Sequence record: MN988522.1
Direction: 5' to 3' (one strand)
Length of the DNA stretch: 64,000 nt
The position numbers and the translations under genes are program-made. The stretch's first letter is position 1. Each line of letters opens with the position of its first letter. Below the pieces are notes generated by a model. The model was given only the letters and a program-made list of their open reading frames with translations. It was not told the DNA's origin and ran no database searches. Below, piece by piece: positions 1 to 9,617 of this stretch.

Positions 1-26
1 AAATTCAGCATGACTTAACTTCTCGA

Positions 27-67
27 TAGGTTCACTTCACGTCCTTAAGGGATTCTTCTTTGAAGGG
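27..67 (+). promoter_or_regulatory. Repeated bipartite promoter-like element, copy 1
   Basis: TAGGTTCACTT-cacgtccttaag-GGATTCTTCTTTGAAGGG; RBS and ATG 83 follow. Confidence 0.75.
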
Positions 68-82
68 TCGAAGGAGCCACCT

Positions 83-355
83 ATGTTTTACACGATCAAG
101 AAGAACTCTGAAAATTCGGATTATAAAATCTCGTCGTTCAACGACTATGAAACTCATCCGAACAATACCTACGAATTAAAAGTCAGAGGTAGAGCAGTCT
201 ATTGCAATTGTCCTGCAAGTAGACATGCTTGTCGTCACGTACAAATGTACTGGCGTACTAAAGAACAGAGTCTCCTTGATAAGCCTAACCTCATCGACTT
301 CACTAACAATAGTGAAATGATTGTCAAACCTATCAAAGCTTTCATCGTGGAGTGA
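83..355 (+). CDS. SWIM-type zinc finger protein
   Basis: YCNCPASRHACRH fits CxC-xn-CxH; AAGGAG RBS. Confidence 0.55.
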   Translation: MFYTIKKNSENSDYKISSFNDYETHPNNTYELKVRGRAVYCNCPASRHACRHVQMYWRTKEQSLLDKPNLIDFTNNSEMIVKPIKAFIVE

Positions 356-614
356 ATCATGGCTAAGCCTACATGCTGCTGGATAATCCGTCCTGCCTCC
401 TATAACAAGGAGACTGGTGAATCTGTTAAGGCTATCTATTGTGGTAAGCCTGTACGATACAAGATTGAAATTGACGACGATATGAATAAGCGTCGTAAGT
501 ATAACAATCTTTGTGATACTCATCAGAAGGAGTCTGATGAGATTTCTAAGAATAATCCAGAAGATGATGACTGGAATTTTACCTGATCATCATAAATAAA
601 GGAGACAACCTGAA

Positions 615-1130
615 ATGAGACTAGTCGTAGCTGTTAGTCGGAATGACGTCATAGGTACAGAGTTGAATGGTAGACATATCATTCCATGGAGTCTACCTTC
701 TGACATGACTAGATTCGCTAGACTGACGAATGGTCATACGATGATATGTGGGAGGAGAACATATGAGTCTCTTCCATCATCTTTTGATCTCGGCAATCGA
801 GATATCATTGTCATGACTCGACAAGGCCGTATGAAATCTTCTGATCCTCGTATTCGTTATGCGAATAGTCGGACTGATGTCATGGAAATGATTCAAGGTG
901 AGGAAGATCGTACTGCAGTCATTGGAGGATCTGAAGTTTATGCTCAGTTCGTCGATGATTGCGACGAGGTATGCATCACATTCGTTCAAGTAGAAGTTGA
1001 ATACGGTACAGCATATTTTCCATCGAAGTTCTTGAAGTCAAATGGATGGACTCCGATGCTTACTCATATTGAACGTCATGTTGACGATGAGTACGATACT
1101 GTATTCCAACATTACAAGAGGTCGTCATGA
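615..1130 (+). CDS. folA: Dihydrofolate reductase
   Basis: VAVSRNDVIG, IPWSLPSDMTRF, ICGRRTYESLP and IGGSEVY are DHFR motifs. Confidence 0.9.
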   Translation: MRLVVAVSRNDVIGTELNGRHIIPWSLPSDMTRFARLTNGHTMICGRRTYESLPSSFDLGNRDIIVMTRQGRMKSSDPRIRYANSRTDVMEMIQGEEDRTAVIGGSEVYAQFVDDCDEVCITFVQVEVEYGTAYFPSKFLKSNGWTPMLTHIERHVDDEYDTVFQHYKRSS

Positions 1131-1439
1131 AGTATCATTTAGAGATTTTCAGTTTCATCAACGATCGTGATCGTCTGAAACGCGATAATCCTCTACTTCC
1201 TGCAGGTCCTGTACTGAAAGGAGAAACTCTGTACACTATTCGAGATATCGTGTCTGATCGGTATTTCAATTGGTGCTACATTCACCAGCACTCAGCTGAA
1301 TTCATCATGAAGAAGATGATGGAGAACTGGGAAGCTCATCCTGAGATGGTGGAGAGGAATCTGAAGTCGTCATTCTTACCGACTTATCAGAAATCTGTCC
1401 ACTCCACCCGTACACCTAGTGAATTGGAGGCTACGTTCC

Positions 1440-2216
1440 ATGAAACTGATTAAAGGTAAGGACTACTACGATAGTGCTCTTGCATTCGGACGAGATGAGT
1501 CTATCATCTTCGTACGTAAGAGTGAGACGCTGAGTCGTAAAGATGCCAGAGAGCGTCAACTATCCTATACAGGTATGCATTGGACTCCTACGATTTACAT
1601 GAAGAATCATCGAGGAGATACCATGAAGAATCATCGAGGAGATACCATCAAGAAAGATATGAGCACATGGAAGCATCCTGATGGTCATTCTATAACGATG
1701 GATGCGATATCTATACTTCTTGCAGGTAAGCTTTATCGTGGACTGAAGACCACCAAGAAGGCTCACTGGACTCATGGTAGTCTATCTGACGAGATTGAGA
1801 TCTTCTGGACTAAGGACTCTTTCACAAGATACATGAACAAGCACGACATGTATCCGTTTCAGTCTGAGTCCTTCACTCATCCGAATTCTACGATTGACAT
1901 GTACTTCTTGCCTGACAATCAGACTCAGCAGAAGACGATGGAGTTTATGATCGAACATAAGATGTCGATCATGACAGTTGACGATAGTGTAGGTGAGTGG
2001 CACGATCCTAATGGATATGTCGTCATCGATGGAGATAACCTGAAGGACTACTGCTTGCAGAAGATCGTAGGTCCGTATACGGTTATGCAGGAATTGTCAA
2101 TGTGGATCGGCGGTATACTACCGAGACCTGAAAAAGAAATTATTACTATCAACGATAAAAATAAGATTAGCAAGCATGGATTTGACAAATGGTCTTTCAG
2201 AAAAATGCCTAAGTGA
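1440..2216 (+). CDS. Hypothetical protein with internal 8-aa duplication
   Basis: ORF; ATG 1440 overlaps the end of the upstream gene; MKNHRGDT twice. Confidence 0.7.
   Translation: MKLIKGKDYYDSALAFGRDESIIFVRKSETLSRKDARERQLSYTGMHWTPTIYMKNHRGDTMKNHRGDTIKKDMSTWKHPDGHSITMDAISILLAGKLYRGLKTTKKAHWTHGSLSDEIEIFWTKDSFTRYMNKHDMYPFQSESFTHPNSTIDMYFLPDNQTQQKTMEFMIEHKMSIMTVDDSVGEWHDPNGYVVIDGDNLKDYCLQKIVGPYTVMQELSMWIGGILPRPEKEIITINDKNKISKHGFDKWSFRKMPK
1599..1646 (+). repeat. Perfect 24-bp tandem duplication
   Basis: atgaagaatcatcgaggagatacc x2. Confidence 0.95.
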
Positions 2217-2874
2217 TCCGTTTAAAGGATATGACGGCAGGTACCACTACGTTTACATTATAGCGCATAAAAGTGATGGAAGTTATTATGTAGGCAAGCA
2301 CTCTTCTAATTATCCAAATGACTCCTATTTAGGCTCAGGAGGATATATAAAAGAAGCGATCGAATCTAAAGGATCCTACAACTTCGACAAAATCATAATT
2401 TCTTATCATAACTCTAGTGAGGAAGCCTATGATGCAGAGAAGAGTTTGATCTCACTAGAAATGATTGAATCAGATCAGTGCTATAACTTTAATGGAGGTG
2501 GCAGAGGATTTGCATCAGGTCAGTTGAATCCTATTCATCTTAAGCCTAATCCGTTTAAGAGTCTTCCTTATGAGAGGAATGGTGGAGTTGTTAAGGTAAG
2601 AAATGGAACTCATCAGTGGTTAGGTCAACGTGGATGGAAAAATCCTAAATCTACTAATCTTTCTCATCAGACATGGATGAATGCTGACTCTCTGTACGAA
2701 ATTTATGTAAGTACTAAGTACGGTTACTCGAGATTACTCAAGATTCACTGGGATAAGTACAAAATTAAGTTGAGTAGAAAGGTCGTCGAGAGTATGGTGA
2801 CGAAATTCAGATCAAATTGGATACCGTCTCATGATGAAGAATGGATGAAATTTAAAATGGAGAATTCGAAGTGA
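2176..2874 (+). CDS. GIY-YIG homing endonuclease (Seg-like), free-standing
   Basis: YVYII-x7-YYVGKH, YLGSG, A-x2-E and CYN motifs; AT-richer than neighbours; overlaps both flanking genes. Confidence 0.85.
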   Translation: MDLTNGLSEKCLSDPFKGYDGRYHYVYIIAHKSDGSYYVGKHSSNYPNDSYLGSGGYIKEAIESKGSYNFDKIIISYHNSSEEAYDAEKSLISLEMIESDQCYNFNGGGRGFASGQLNPIHLKPNPFKSLPYERNGGVVKVRNGTHQWLGQRGWKNPKSTNLSHQTWMNADSLYEIYVSTKYGYSRLLKIHWDKYKIKLSRKVVESMVTKFRSNWIPSHDEEWMKFKMENSK

Positions 2875-3524
2875 TGGAAATTCGTAGGTTTATCGGAGAC
2901 GTACACGGTAAGTACTCTCAGTACAAGAAGATCCTGAAGGAGTCTCCATATCCTACGATTCAAGTTGGTGATATGGGAGTAGGCTTCTACGAAAGAGATC
3001 GTGTTACTCATGAGATCAAGGCATCTGCCAATCCTCCGTATGATCTCATGGTGAAAGCTGAAGCTAGATTCGAAAGAGGTAATCATGATAATCCGAGAGT
3101 ATGTAAGAATCATACTCAGTGGATTCCTGATGGCCATACAGAGACAATCGGTAAGTCTAAGGTCATGTTCATTGGAGGTGGCCTCAGTATCGATCGTGGA
3201 ATGCGTATCGAAGGTGAATCTTGGTGGCCGGATGAAGAACTCAGTATGACTGAGTTGTATGATATGGTCGACAAGTATGCTGAATATCGTCCAGACGTTA
3301 TGGTAACTCATGACTGCCCAGACATTATGGCTGCTATTATCTTCGGTGTGACAGATAAAGGTAATTATCCATCACGTACTCGGCAGGCATTTCAATCTAT
3401 GTTCGAGATCTATCAACCTAAATTGTGGATCTTTGGTCATTGGCATAGGTCAGCCAGGTATCATCACAACGGAACGAAATTCATATGCTTAGCAGAATTA
3501 GAATACTTGGATATCGAACTTTAA
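2871..3524 (+). CDS. Calcineurin-like metallophosphoesterase
   Basis: GDVHG, VGDMG, RGNHD, THDCP, FGHWH motifs. Confidence 0.85.
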   Translation: MMEIRRFIGDVHGKYSQYKKILKESPYPTIQVGDMGVGFYERDRVTHEIKASANPPYDLMVKAEARFERGNHDNPRVCKNHTQWIPDGHTETIGKSKVMFIGGGLSIDRGMRIEGESWWPDEELSMTELYDMVDKYAEYRPDVMVTHDCPDIMAAIIFGVTDKGNYPSRTRQAFQSMFEIYQPKLWIFGHWHRSARYHHNGTKFICLAELEYLDIEL

Positions 3525-3536
3525 ATGAACTCAGTG

Positions 3537-3580
3537 AATGCAGATTAGCGATACAGATAATGGCATTGCTAATCTGCATT
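3537..3580. other. Long intergenic inverted repeat (16-bp stem)
   Basis: AATGCAGATTAGCGAT ... ATTGCTAATCTGCATT, one G-U pair, 12-nt loop. Confidence 0.7.
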
Positions 3581-3820
3581 GATTTCTGGGTAGCAGTCCT
3601 GAAATATGGTTTCAGACTATGGTGAATAAGATGTTTCAAGACAACGTATCAAAGGTCCTCAAGCCTTCCTCTGAGTGGAGCGTTCTGAAGAACGTTACTG
3701 TTATGGATCCTGATGGATGGGATCGTCAGAACTTCGAGATCAGTTGGAATGAATTGATCTCTGAGGAAGAATTCGATCGACGTGCAATGATGTCAACTGT
3801 ACTCTTTGTTAGGAAAGACG

Positions 3821-4549
3821 ATGTTCAATCTGACATTAGCTAAATTTGTACTCGAAGCTCATAAGTCTGACAAAGATATTACTAGTCGTAATGGATACGG
3901 TGGATACAATATCCACAAGGAGTCTTATGGATTTCTTCAGAAGATTGAGAAGAAGTTCGGAGCTAAGAGTGTAGCTGATCTCGAACGAATGATCAAGAAA
4001 GAAGAGACCAGACGTAAGACTCCTGTACCAGATCCTAATCCGATCTACAAGAATCAGCGTGCTCGGTATCGTCTTCTCAGAGACTATCTTGGAAATAGTT
4101 CAGACCTGAATGTTTACATCAGCAGCCAGGAATGGGACGTACATAACTATTTAGGTCAAGGATGGGTTGAGAAATTTAAGAGTGATTCCATTCTCCACCG
4201 TTGGTGCTGGAATGTGATGAAGCTCCAGTTTGATCTCGATGCTTTGATCATTAAGGTACGTACTCATTCTAATGTTGTAGGCTTCGAGAAAACTAATGAA
4301 GAGAATGATATCACCTGGACTGAATTCGTCCTAGGTGAGCAAGCTCTCAATAAGTATATTGAAGTCCTAGAGATCCGTGCTAATCGTAAAGCTGAACGTG
4401 AGTACGAAGAGCATCAAGAGTATCTTCGTCGTCTAGCCATTGAAGACTGGAAACGTGAACAGTTAGCTAAGATTCGTCTCGTACAGATCAGAGATGATGT
4501 CAAGGACAAATCTCGAGCTGACAAAAGGAAGAGGAGAGTAGCAGTATGA
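3821..4549 (+). CDS. Hypothetical protein with charged coiled-coil C-terminus
   Basis: Long ORF with AGGA RBS before ATG 3821. Confidence 0.7.
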   Translation: MFNLTLAKFVLEAHKSDKDITSRNGYGGYNIHKESYGFLQKIEKKFGAKSVADLERMIKKEETRRKTPVPDPNPIYKNQRARYRLLRDYLGNSSDLNVYISSQEWDVHNYLGQGWVEKFKSDSILHRWCWNVMKLQFDLDALIIKVRTHSNVVGFEKTNEENDITWTEFVLGEQALNKYIEVLEIRANRKAEREYEEHQEYLRRLAIEDWKREQLAKIRLVQIRDDVKDKSRADKRKRRVAV

Positions 4550-5238
4550 CTAAGATTCGACATATTTCTTTCGACGTATGGAATACTCTAGTAATTCCTA
4601 ATCCAGATTATGCCAGAGCACGATCCATGTACCTTGGTAAGGTATTCAATATGGTCTCGGAGGATGCTGCTAAGCTCTACTCGAGAGTTAAGAAATGGAT
4701 CGATGAACTTGCTGTTCAGACTGGTATGGGTCCTGATGCTGAGAGCAATGTACTCATGCTTCTGAATATGGCTGATCGTTATGCAGATCCTCAGGAGATC
4801 CTCATTAACTTTGAGAATCTCTTCTTCAAGTATCCTCCGATTATTCATCATGCAGTACGTGATGGACTTCGTGCACTGAAGCATCATGGATATACGTTCT
4901 CTGTCGCTAGTAATAGCAATTTCATATCTGGCAGAACGATGACTAAGTTCATTCATGCTGAATTTGGATGCATGGCTTATGAAGTTTATTCTGATCTCGA
5001 AGGCTATGCTAAGCCTCATCTCAGATTCTTTGAAGAAGTATTTCATGGTGCGAGGTTACAAGGTCTCGCAGACTACTCGAGTGAAATTCTACATGTCGGA
5101 GATCATGAGATCTGTGATGTGAAGGGTGCAAACGACTACGGATTTAAGTCATTACTTTTCACCAATCCTGAAGATATGTCCAAAGTTATTAAGAGAGTCC
5201 AGCAAAATGAACAACCACCAAGTGTACTATGCGCATAA
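4546..5238 (+). CDS. HAD-superfamily hydrolase
   Basis: Motif I SFDVWNTL, motif II ASNS, motif III KP, motif IV HVGD-x4-D. Confidence 0.8.
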   Translation: MTKIRHISFDVWNTLVIPNPDYARARSMYLGKVFNMVSEDAAKLYSRVKKWIDELAVQTGMGPDAESNVLMLLNMADRYADPQEILINFENLFFKYPPIIHHAVRDGLRALKHHGYTFSVASNSNFISGRTMTKFIHAEFGCMAYEVYSDLEGYAKPHLRFFEEVFHGARLQGLADYSSEILHVGDHEICDVKGANDYGFKSLLFTNPEDMSKVIKRVQQNEQPPSVLCA

Positions 5239-6061
5239 ATTTACTTCGATGGAAGATCTTCCATTCGACGCTGTAGACTATTGTGCTCTTAAGTTCGGAT
5301 CTGACGAGGTAGCTCGTCGATTTGGATATGAATTAGCTGAGAAGTTCTTCGAGGAGCATTCCAGTCGAATCGTGACGAATCATTGTGCAGTGATTCCATC
5401 TCCTTATAACTTCGTACCCAATGCAGCAACCATTCTATCGAAGCATTTCATTAATCGTCTGAATGAACTCATCGTTGAGGTCAATGGCGATTACGTTGAC
5501 TACGTTAGAATCCATCGTAAGGTCACATATACTGGTGACTTTGGTAAGCTCAATGAGGATGCTCGTCGAAAGCTTATTGGACAGGATTCATTCTATGTCA
5601 ACAAGCAGATTCTGAAGAATAAGCTCCTGATCTACTTGGACGACGTGATCATTACTGGTGCTCACGAAGATCGTCTCAAGGAAGTCATGGTCAAGAACAA
5701 GATGAAGAATGATTGTTTCTTCGTCTACTATGGTAAGTACTTCGGTACTGAACCTACGATCGAGAATAAGATCAACTTCGGAGGTATTGAAACTGTCGAA
5801 GATTATGTTAATTTTATTACCGATCGAGATCATCTCATTGTTCGTCCGATCAAGTACCTCCTAAGTCTACCTAATGAACAATTTAAGTTCTATCTCAACA
5901 AGACAAGTAGAACTCGTCTTGAGGAACTATTCCACTCATGCTTAGGTGAAGGGTACAATCGTATTCCTCAGTACCAGGAGAATTTTGTAGCTCTGAGAGA
6001 TCAGGTCAAGTATCTGTCTGAAGAGAATAGAGTATCTCGAATTTATGACAAGGTAGGTTAA
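5207..6061 (+). CDS. Type I phosphoribosyltransferase-like protein
   Basis: PRPP-binding motif LIYLDDVIITGAH; probable start ATG 5207 overlapping the HAD gene. Confidence 0.75.
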   Translation: MNNHQVYYAHKFTSMEDLPFDAVDYCALKFGSDEVARRFGYELAEKFFEEHSSRIVTNHCAVIPSPYNFVPNAATILSKHFINRLNELIVEVNGDYVDYVRIHRKVTYTGDFGKLNEDARRKLIGQDSFYVNKQILKNKLLIYLDDVIITGAHEDRLKEVMVKNKMKNDCFFVYYGKYFGTEPTIENKINFGGIETVEDYVNFITDRDHLIVRPIKYLLSLPNEQFKFYLNKTSRTRLEELFHSCLGEGYNRIPQYQENFVALRDQVKYLSEENRVSRIYDKVG

Positions 6062-6255
6062 TGATTAATAAAATTGAGATCGCTGAGCAGGAGTCAATAG
6101 AATTCAAACTTGAATTCGATCTTGCTGAAGTACGTAAATCTAACTATGTTATGGTCCCTATCAGTCTAGCTCGTAAGATTGATGCGTACTTCACAGAGGA
6201 GTTCAAGCGTAATCCTACGTTTGATCCTACGACTAACACCTTCAAGTAATCATCG

Positions 6256-6289
6256 GCCCTCATCTATGAAAGTAGGTGAGGGCTATTTT
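6256..6289 (+). terminator. Rho-independent terminator
   Basis: GCCCTCATCTAT-GAAA-GTAGGTGAGGGC followed by TATTTT. Confidence 0.75.
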
Positions 6290-6309
6290 CATGCATCATA
6301 GGTGGAACC

Positions 6310-6882
6310 ATGATCTTTAGTCTTAGTAATTCAGAATACTTCAGTCTTGCAGATGCAGTATGCACAGCTGAAGACTCTCAAGGTCGAGTACCTGTTGACA
6401 AGCACATTGTCAAGAAGCTCATTGCATATCTGGAAGCAGACAAGTACTTTAATCTCGGTACAGTATGTGTAGCATTACTTCCTGTTGAGGATGGTCTTCT
6501 ATTGATTCGTCGTAATCGTCAAGGTGACCCTGGATTCGGTATGCTAGCTCTACCTGGTGGATTCCAGAAGGGTAGTAAAGCTCAGAATATGTACGATGCT
6601 GTCGTCGAAGAGGTACTGGAAGAAACTCGTATCCAGACTAAGCGAGATGACTACATACTCATGGATGGCGATACGGATGAGTACGAACATAATGTTCTAT
6701 TCTTCAGGCATATCGGTCTGCCAGGTAAAGCAGAAGACTACATCAAAGATTTTGTACCTCTGGACGATGAGGTATCTGAACTTGTTCATATCAAGAAGAC
6801 TGTTGAGACAGCTTTCCCTATGCATACTCGAGCGATCGATAGATTCTTTCAGGACGAATTCGTTAAAGATTTCCTCCCTTGA
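6310..6882 (+). CDS. Nudix hydrolase (ADP-ribose pyrophosphatase-like)
   Basis: LLLIRR, ALPGGF and degenerate Nudix box AVVEEVLEETRI. Confidence 0.75.
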   Translation: MIFSLSNSEYFSLADAVCTAEDSQGRVPVDKHIVKKLIAYLEADKYFNLGTVCVALLPVEDGLLLIRRNRQGDPGFGMLALPGGFQKGSKAQNMYDAVVEEVLEETRIQTKRDDYILMDGDTDEYEHNVLFFRHIGLPGKAEDYIKDFVPLDDEVSELVHIKKTVETAFPMHTRAIDRFFQDEFVKDFLP

Positions 6883-6883
6883 A

Positions 6884-6924
6884 TAGGTGCAGTTAGGTCC
6901 TTCGAAGGCTTCTTCCTTGTAAGG
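6884..6924 (+). promoter_or_regulatory. Repeated element, copy 2 (GGCTTCTT variant)
   Basis: TAGGTGCAGTT-N12-GGCTTCTTCCTTGTAAGG upstream of the gene at about 6970. Confidence 0.7.
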
Positions 6925-6969
6925 CCTTCGAGCCTTCTCCACCATCGTTTTAAATTGCAGGAGAATGAG

Positions 6970-7839
6970 ATGTCAATGGCTATTGATCATTATCTTCCAA
7001 TGAGGTATACCAATGCTTTCTGGTATACTGAAGGAAGTATCCTTCACTTCGGTCGTGAGTACTACCGACAGTATGGATTCTGGAGAGTCGAGAGTAAAAT
7101 CCTCGTACGTGTCGATATGGAAGGGAATGAGATCATTCCTATCGAGACACAGAAGATTCCTGAGACTCCTCGTGGATGGCATCTCGTTCATGCGGGTACC
7201 AATCGGTATCCTGTGCAACCTCTTGTCATTGCTCATGACAAGAATGCTCTCGAGAAGTATCTGGAAACTCCGGATGAAGTAGTCATCGAGCGAGAGCGTC
7301 TCGCAGATGAGGAGAGAGCTCGTCGTCAACGAGAATATGATGAATGGTATGCCAATGCATCTGATCTCGAGCGACGTCTTCGTAGTTTCGACTGGACCTA
7401 CGAGATGGCAGATCGTCCTCCGAATCTAGGACCTGCTCTGCAGAAGATGTGCGATGAACTCGAGAAGCTTCCTTACGAGGAAGCTAAGGCGATCTGGAAT
7501 AAGTACTACGTCTCGAAGGTCGGGATTATGTACTTCCCAGATTTTCGTAAGTGCGAAGGATTCAAGTATCCTGAGGTCGCACTTATCTCCTACTCGTACA
7601 AGGAGCATAAGCTCAATAATCACGAGAAGTGGACTCTCTGGAGGAATGGAGTCGAGGATGTAGTCCGTGAAGGTACTCCTCGCAGGTACACGCATGAGAT
7701 TGATCGTCTCGGAGAAGCTCTCCGACATCTTCTCAATACGGGTATCATCCGTCTGGATACTCCCATCTTCACTGAAGGTCGTCAATGGTCGACTGTAGGT
7801 GAACTCTCTATCTTCCAGAAGAAGGATCAAGCAGCATGA
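6970..7839 (+). CDS. Hypothetical protein
   Basis: Long ORF with CAGGAG RBS, downstream of element copy 2. Confidence 0.7.
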   Translation: MSMAIDHYLPMRYTNAFWYTEGSILHFGREYYRQYGFWRVESKILVRVDMEGNEIIPIETQKIPETPRGWHLVHAGTNRYPVQPLVIAHDKNALEKYLETPDEVVIERERLADEERARRQREYDEWYANASDLERRLRSFDWTYEMADRPPNLGPALQKMCDELEKLPYEEAKAIWNKYYVSKVGIMYFPDFRKCEGFKYPEVALISYSYKEHKLNNHEKWTLWRNGVEDVVREGTPRRYTHEIDRLGEALRHLLNTGIIRLDTPIFTEGRQWSTVGELSIFQKKDQAA

Positions 7840-8390
7840 TGACAGGTGAAGCAGGTCTCTTAGAGTCGTCGAGACCTCAGATGAATAAGGAATTCATCGA
7901 ATTCCTCGATGCTAATAGCAAGGTAGTATCTGCTCCAGCTTATTGGCATGCTCGAGGTATCGGATGCGAGTGGAATCTGCCATGCTTAGTCACAGGAGTG
8001 CATGATAAAAATGCTCTCATGGAGAACATCAGCGGATTCGTATCCACTCGTGAAGAAGGATATCGTGTCGTCAATATGTTCTTCGGTGGACGTGCTCGAC
8101 TTGATGTGCGTAAACATGAGCCTAACTATCTTCAAGTGAAGGTAGGAGTCAAGAAGGAACATAAAGATGTTCTTGAACGACTCATGAAGGCTAATATAAT
8201 CTCTGGCGGTATTCTTACCGTCAAGAATGTTATGTGGGCTATCGATCCTGAGAATCATCCAGGATATGATCCCATCAAGAAGCTCTTACAGACAGCGGAG
8301 TACTATAAATGATTTAGATCTGAGAAAACTCGTCAACTCAACCTCAGTGAAAATGTGAATAAATCTCAAGTGATTCAAGGAGAATCCAAA

Positions 8391-9185
8391 ATGAATAATC
8401 CTTTCAGCAAGAACATGATGGACCGTATGTTCAAGCAGGTCGACGGTGTCGTCTGGGACCTGATGTCTGGTTCGAAGATCGGTATCAAGACGAAGGAAGG
8501 TATCGCTACCGTCGATCTCAATCTCGAAGATGAGACTGCAGCTGTAGCTCCTGTCAAGACGACTACTCGTCGTAAGGCTGGTGCAGAACCTGTAGCTCCT
8601 CTCGCTATTCCGACTCCGTCTCCGATCATGGAAGCTCCGGATGCTCAGGTCTCGATCAATCTGTTCGATGACTTCGGTATGGCTCTGCCTGCATTCGCTC
8701 AGTCGACTCCTGTCGAGGCTATCGGTCTCGGTGATATGATCTGGAACTCGGCTCAGAATCGTGTCATGGGATGGGTCGTCAAGGTCAGTCCCAATCGTAA
8801 GAGCTTCAAGGTTCTCAAGACGGACGGTATGCGTAGCGAGTGGTCTCCTCCGAAGGTCAATGTACTCGGATTCGAGACTGGTACGATGGTCGTACGTTCT
8901 CTGATCAACATGCTTCCTGGTGGAGCTACTGGTCAGAATGGTCTGGAAGGCATGCAGTCGTCTCTCGGTCAGATGCTCATGATGTCGTCCATGATGGGTG
9001 GCAGTGAAGGTGACTCTGAGAACATGCTCAAGGACATCATGCCGATGATGCTCATGTCGCAGATGGGCATCGGTGGTGCTCAGGGTGGTATGGGTCAGAT
9101 GATGCAGACCATGATGATGATGAAAATGATGGGTGGTATGAATCGCGGTAGCGGTGGTACCAAGCGTAGTTTTTTCGACAACTAA
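8391..9185 (+). CDS. Hypothetical protein with Met/Gly-rich C-terminal low-complexity region
   Basis: AAGGAG RBS before ATG 8391; C-terminus MMMMKMMGGMNRG. Confidence 0.8.
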   Translation: MNNPFSKNMMDRMFKQVDGVVWDLMSGSKIGIKTKEGIATVDLNLEDETAAVAPVKTTTRRKAGAEPVAPLAIPTPSPIMEAPDAQVSINLFDDFGMALPAFAQSTPVEAIGLGDMIWNSAQNRVMGWVVKVSPNRKSFKVLKTDGMRSEWSPPKVNVLGFETGTMVVRSLINMLPGGATGQNGLEGMQSSLGQMLMMSSMMGGSEGDSENMLKDIMPMMLMSQMGIGGAQGGMGQMMQTMMMMKMMGGMNRGSGGTKRSFFDN

Positions 9186-9295
9186 GCTCTGATTCTGGAG
9201 AGGATGGATCTCGGATTAGATTCCGAGATCTGTCTTCGGAGCTTAGACATCTCCGTATCGTAGGAGAGACATATAGATCACGGTATGCACAGAAT

Positions 9296-9613
9296 GTGTA
9301 TCGTGATACTAAAGAGGATGATCCAGTCATCCTCGAGTGGGAAAAGACCAATCGTATGGATGGTTGTGCTCACAAAGTTCTCGTCTACGATCCAATCAAT
9401 GAACGAGGTACCCATGTAGGGTATGTCGACCGAAATCAAGCAGCTAGGATTGTTAGTGAGCTTGCCAAGTACAAATACACTGAGAAGACTCATCGTATTG
9501 TTGGTAAGATCACGAGGAACAATCCTGGTAAGTACAACGAAATCGAGATACTAGGACTCATCAGCACTACAGAGTCTGAACAGCATCTCAAAGATTATTA
9601 TAGAAGGAAATAA
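9296..9613 (+). CDS. HIRAN-domain protein; the open frame begins at 9170, so the true start is upstream of the GTG or reached by frameshift
   Basis: In-frame IVGETYR (upstream of the GTG), then VILEWEKTNRMDGCAHKV and HVGYVDRNQAARI, match the HIRAN pattern (V.G..Y...L..E..N..D..A..V...GY.P). Confidence 0.6.
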   Translation: MYRDTKEDDPVILEWEKTNRMDGCAHKVLVYDPINERGTHVGYVDRNQAARIVSELAKYKYTEKTHRIVGKITRNNPGKYNEIEILGLISTTESEQHLKDYYRRK

Positions 9614-9617
9614 CCAC

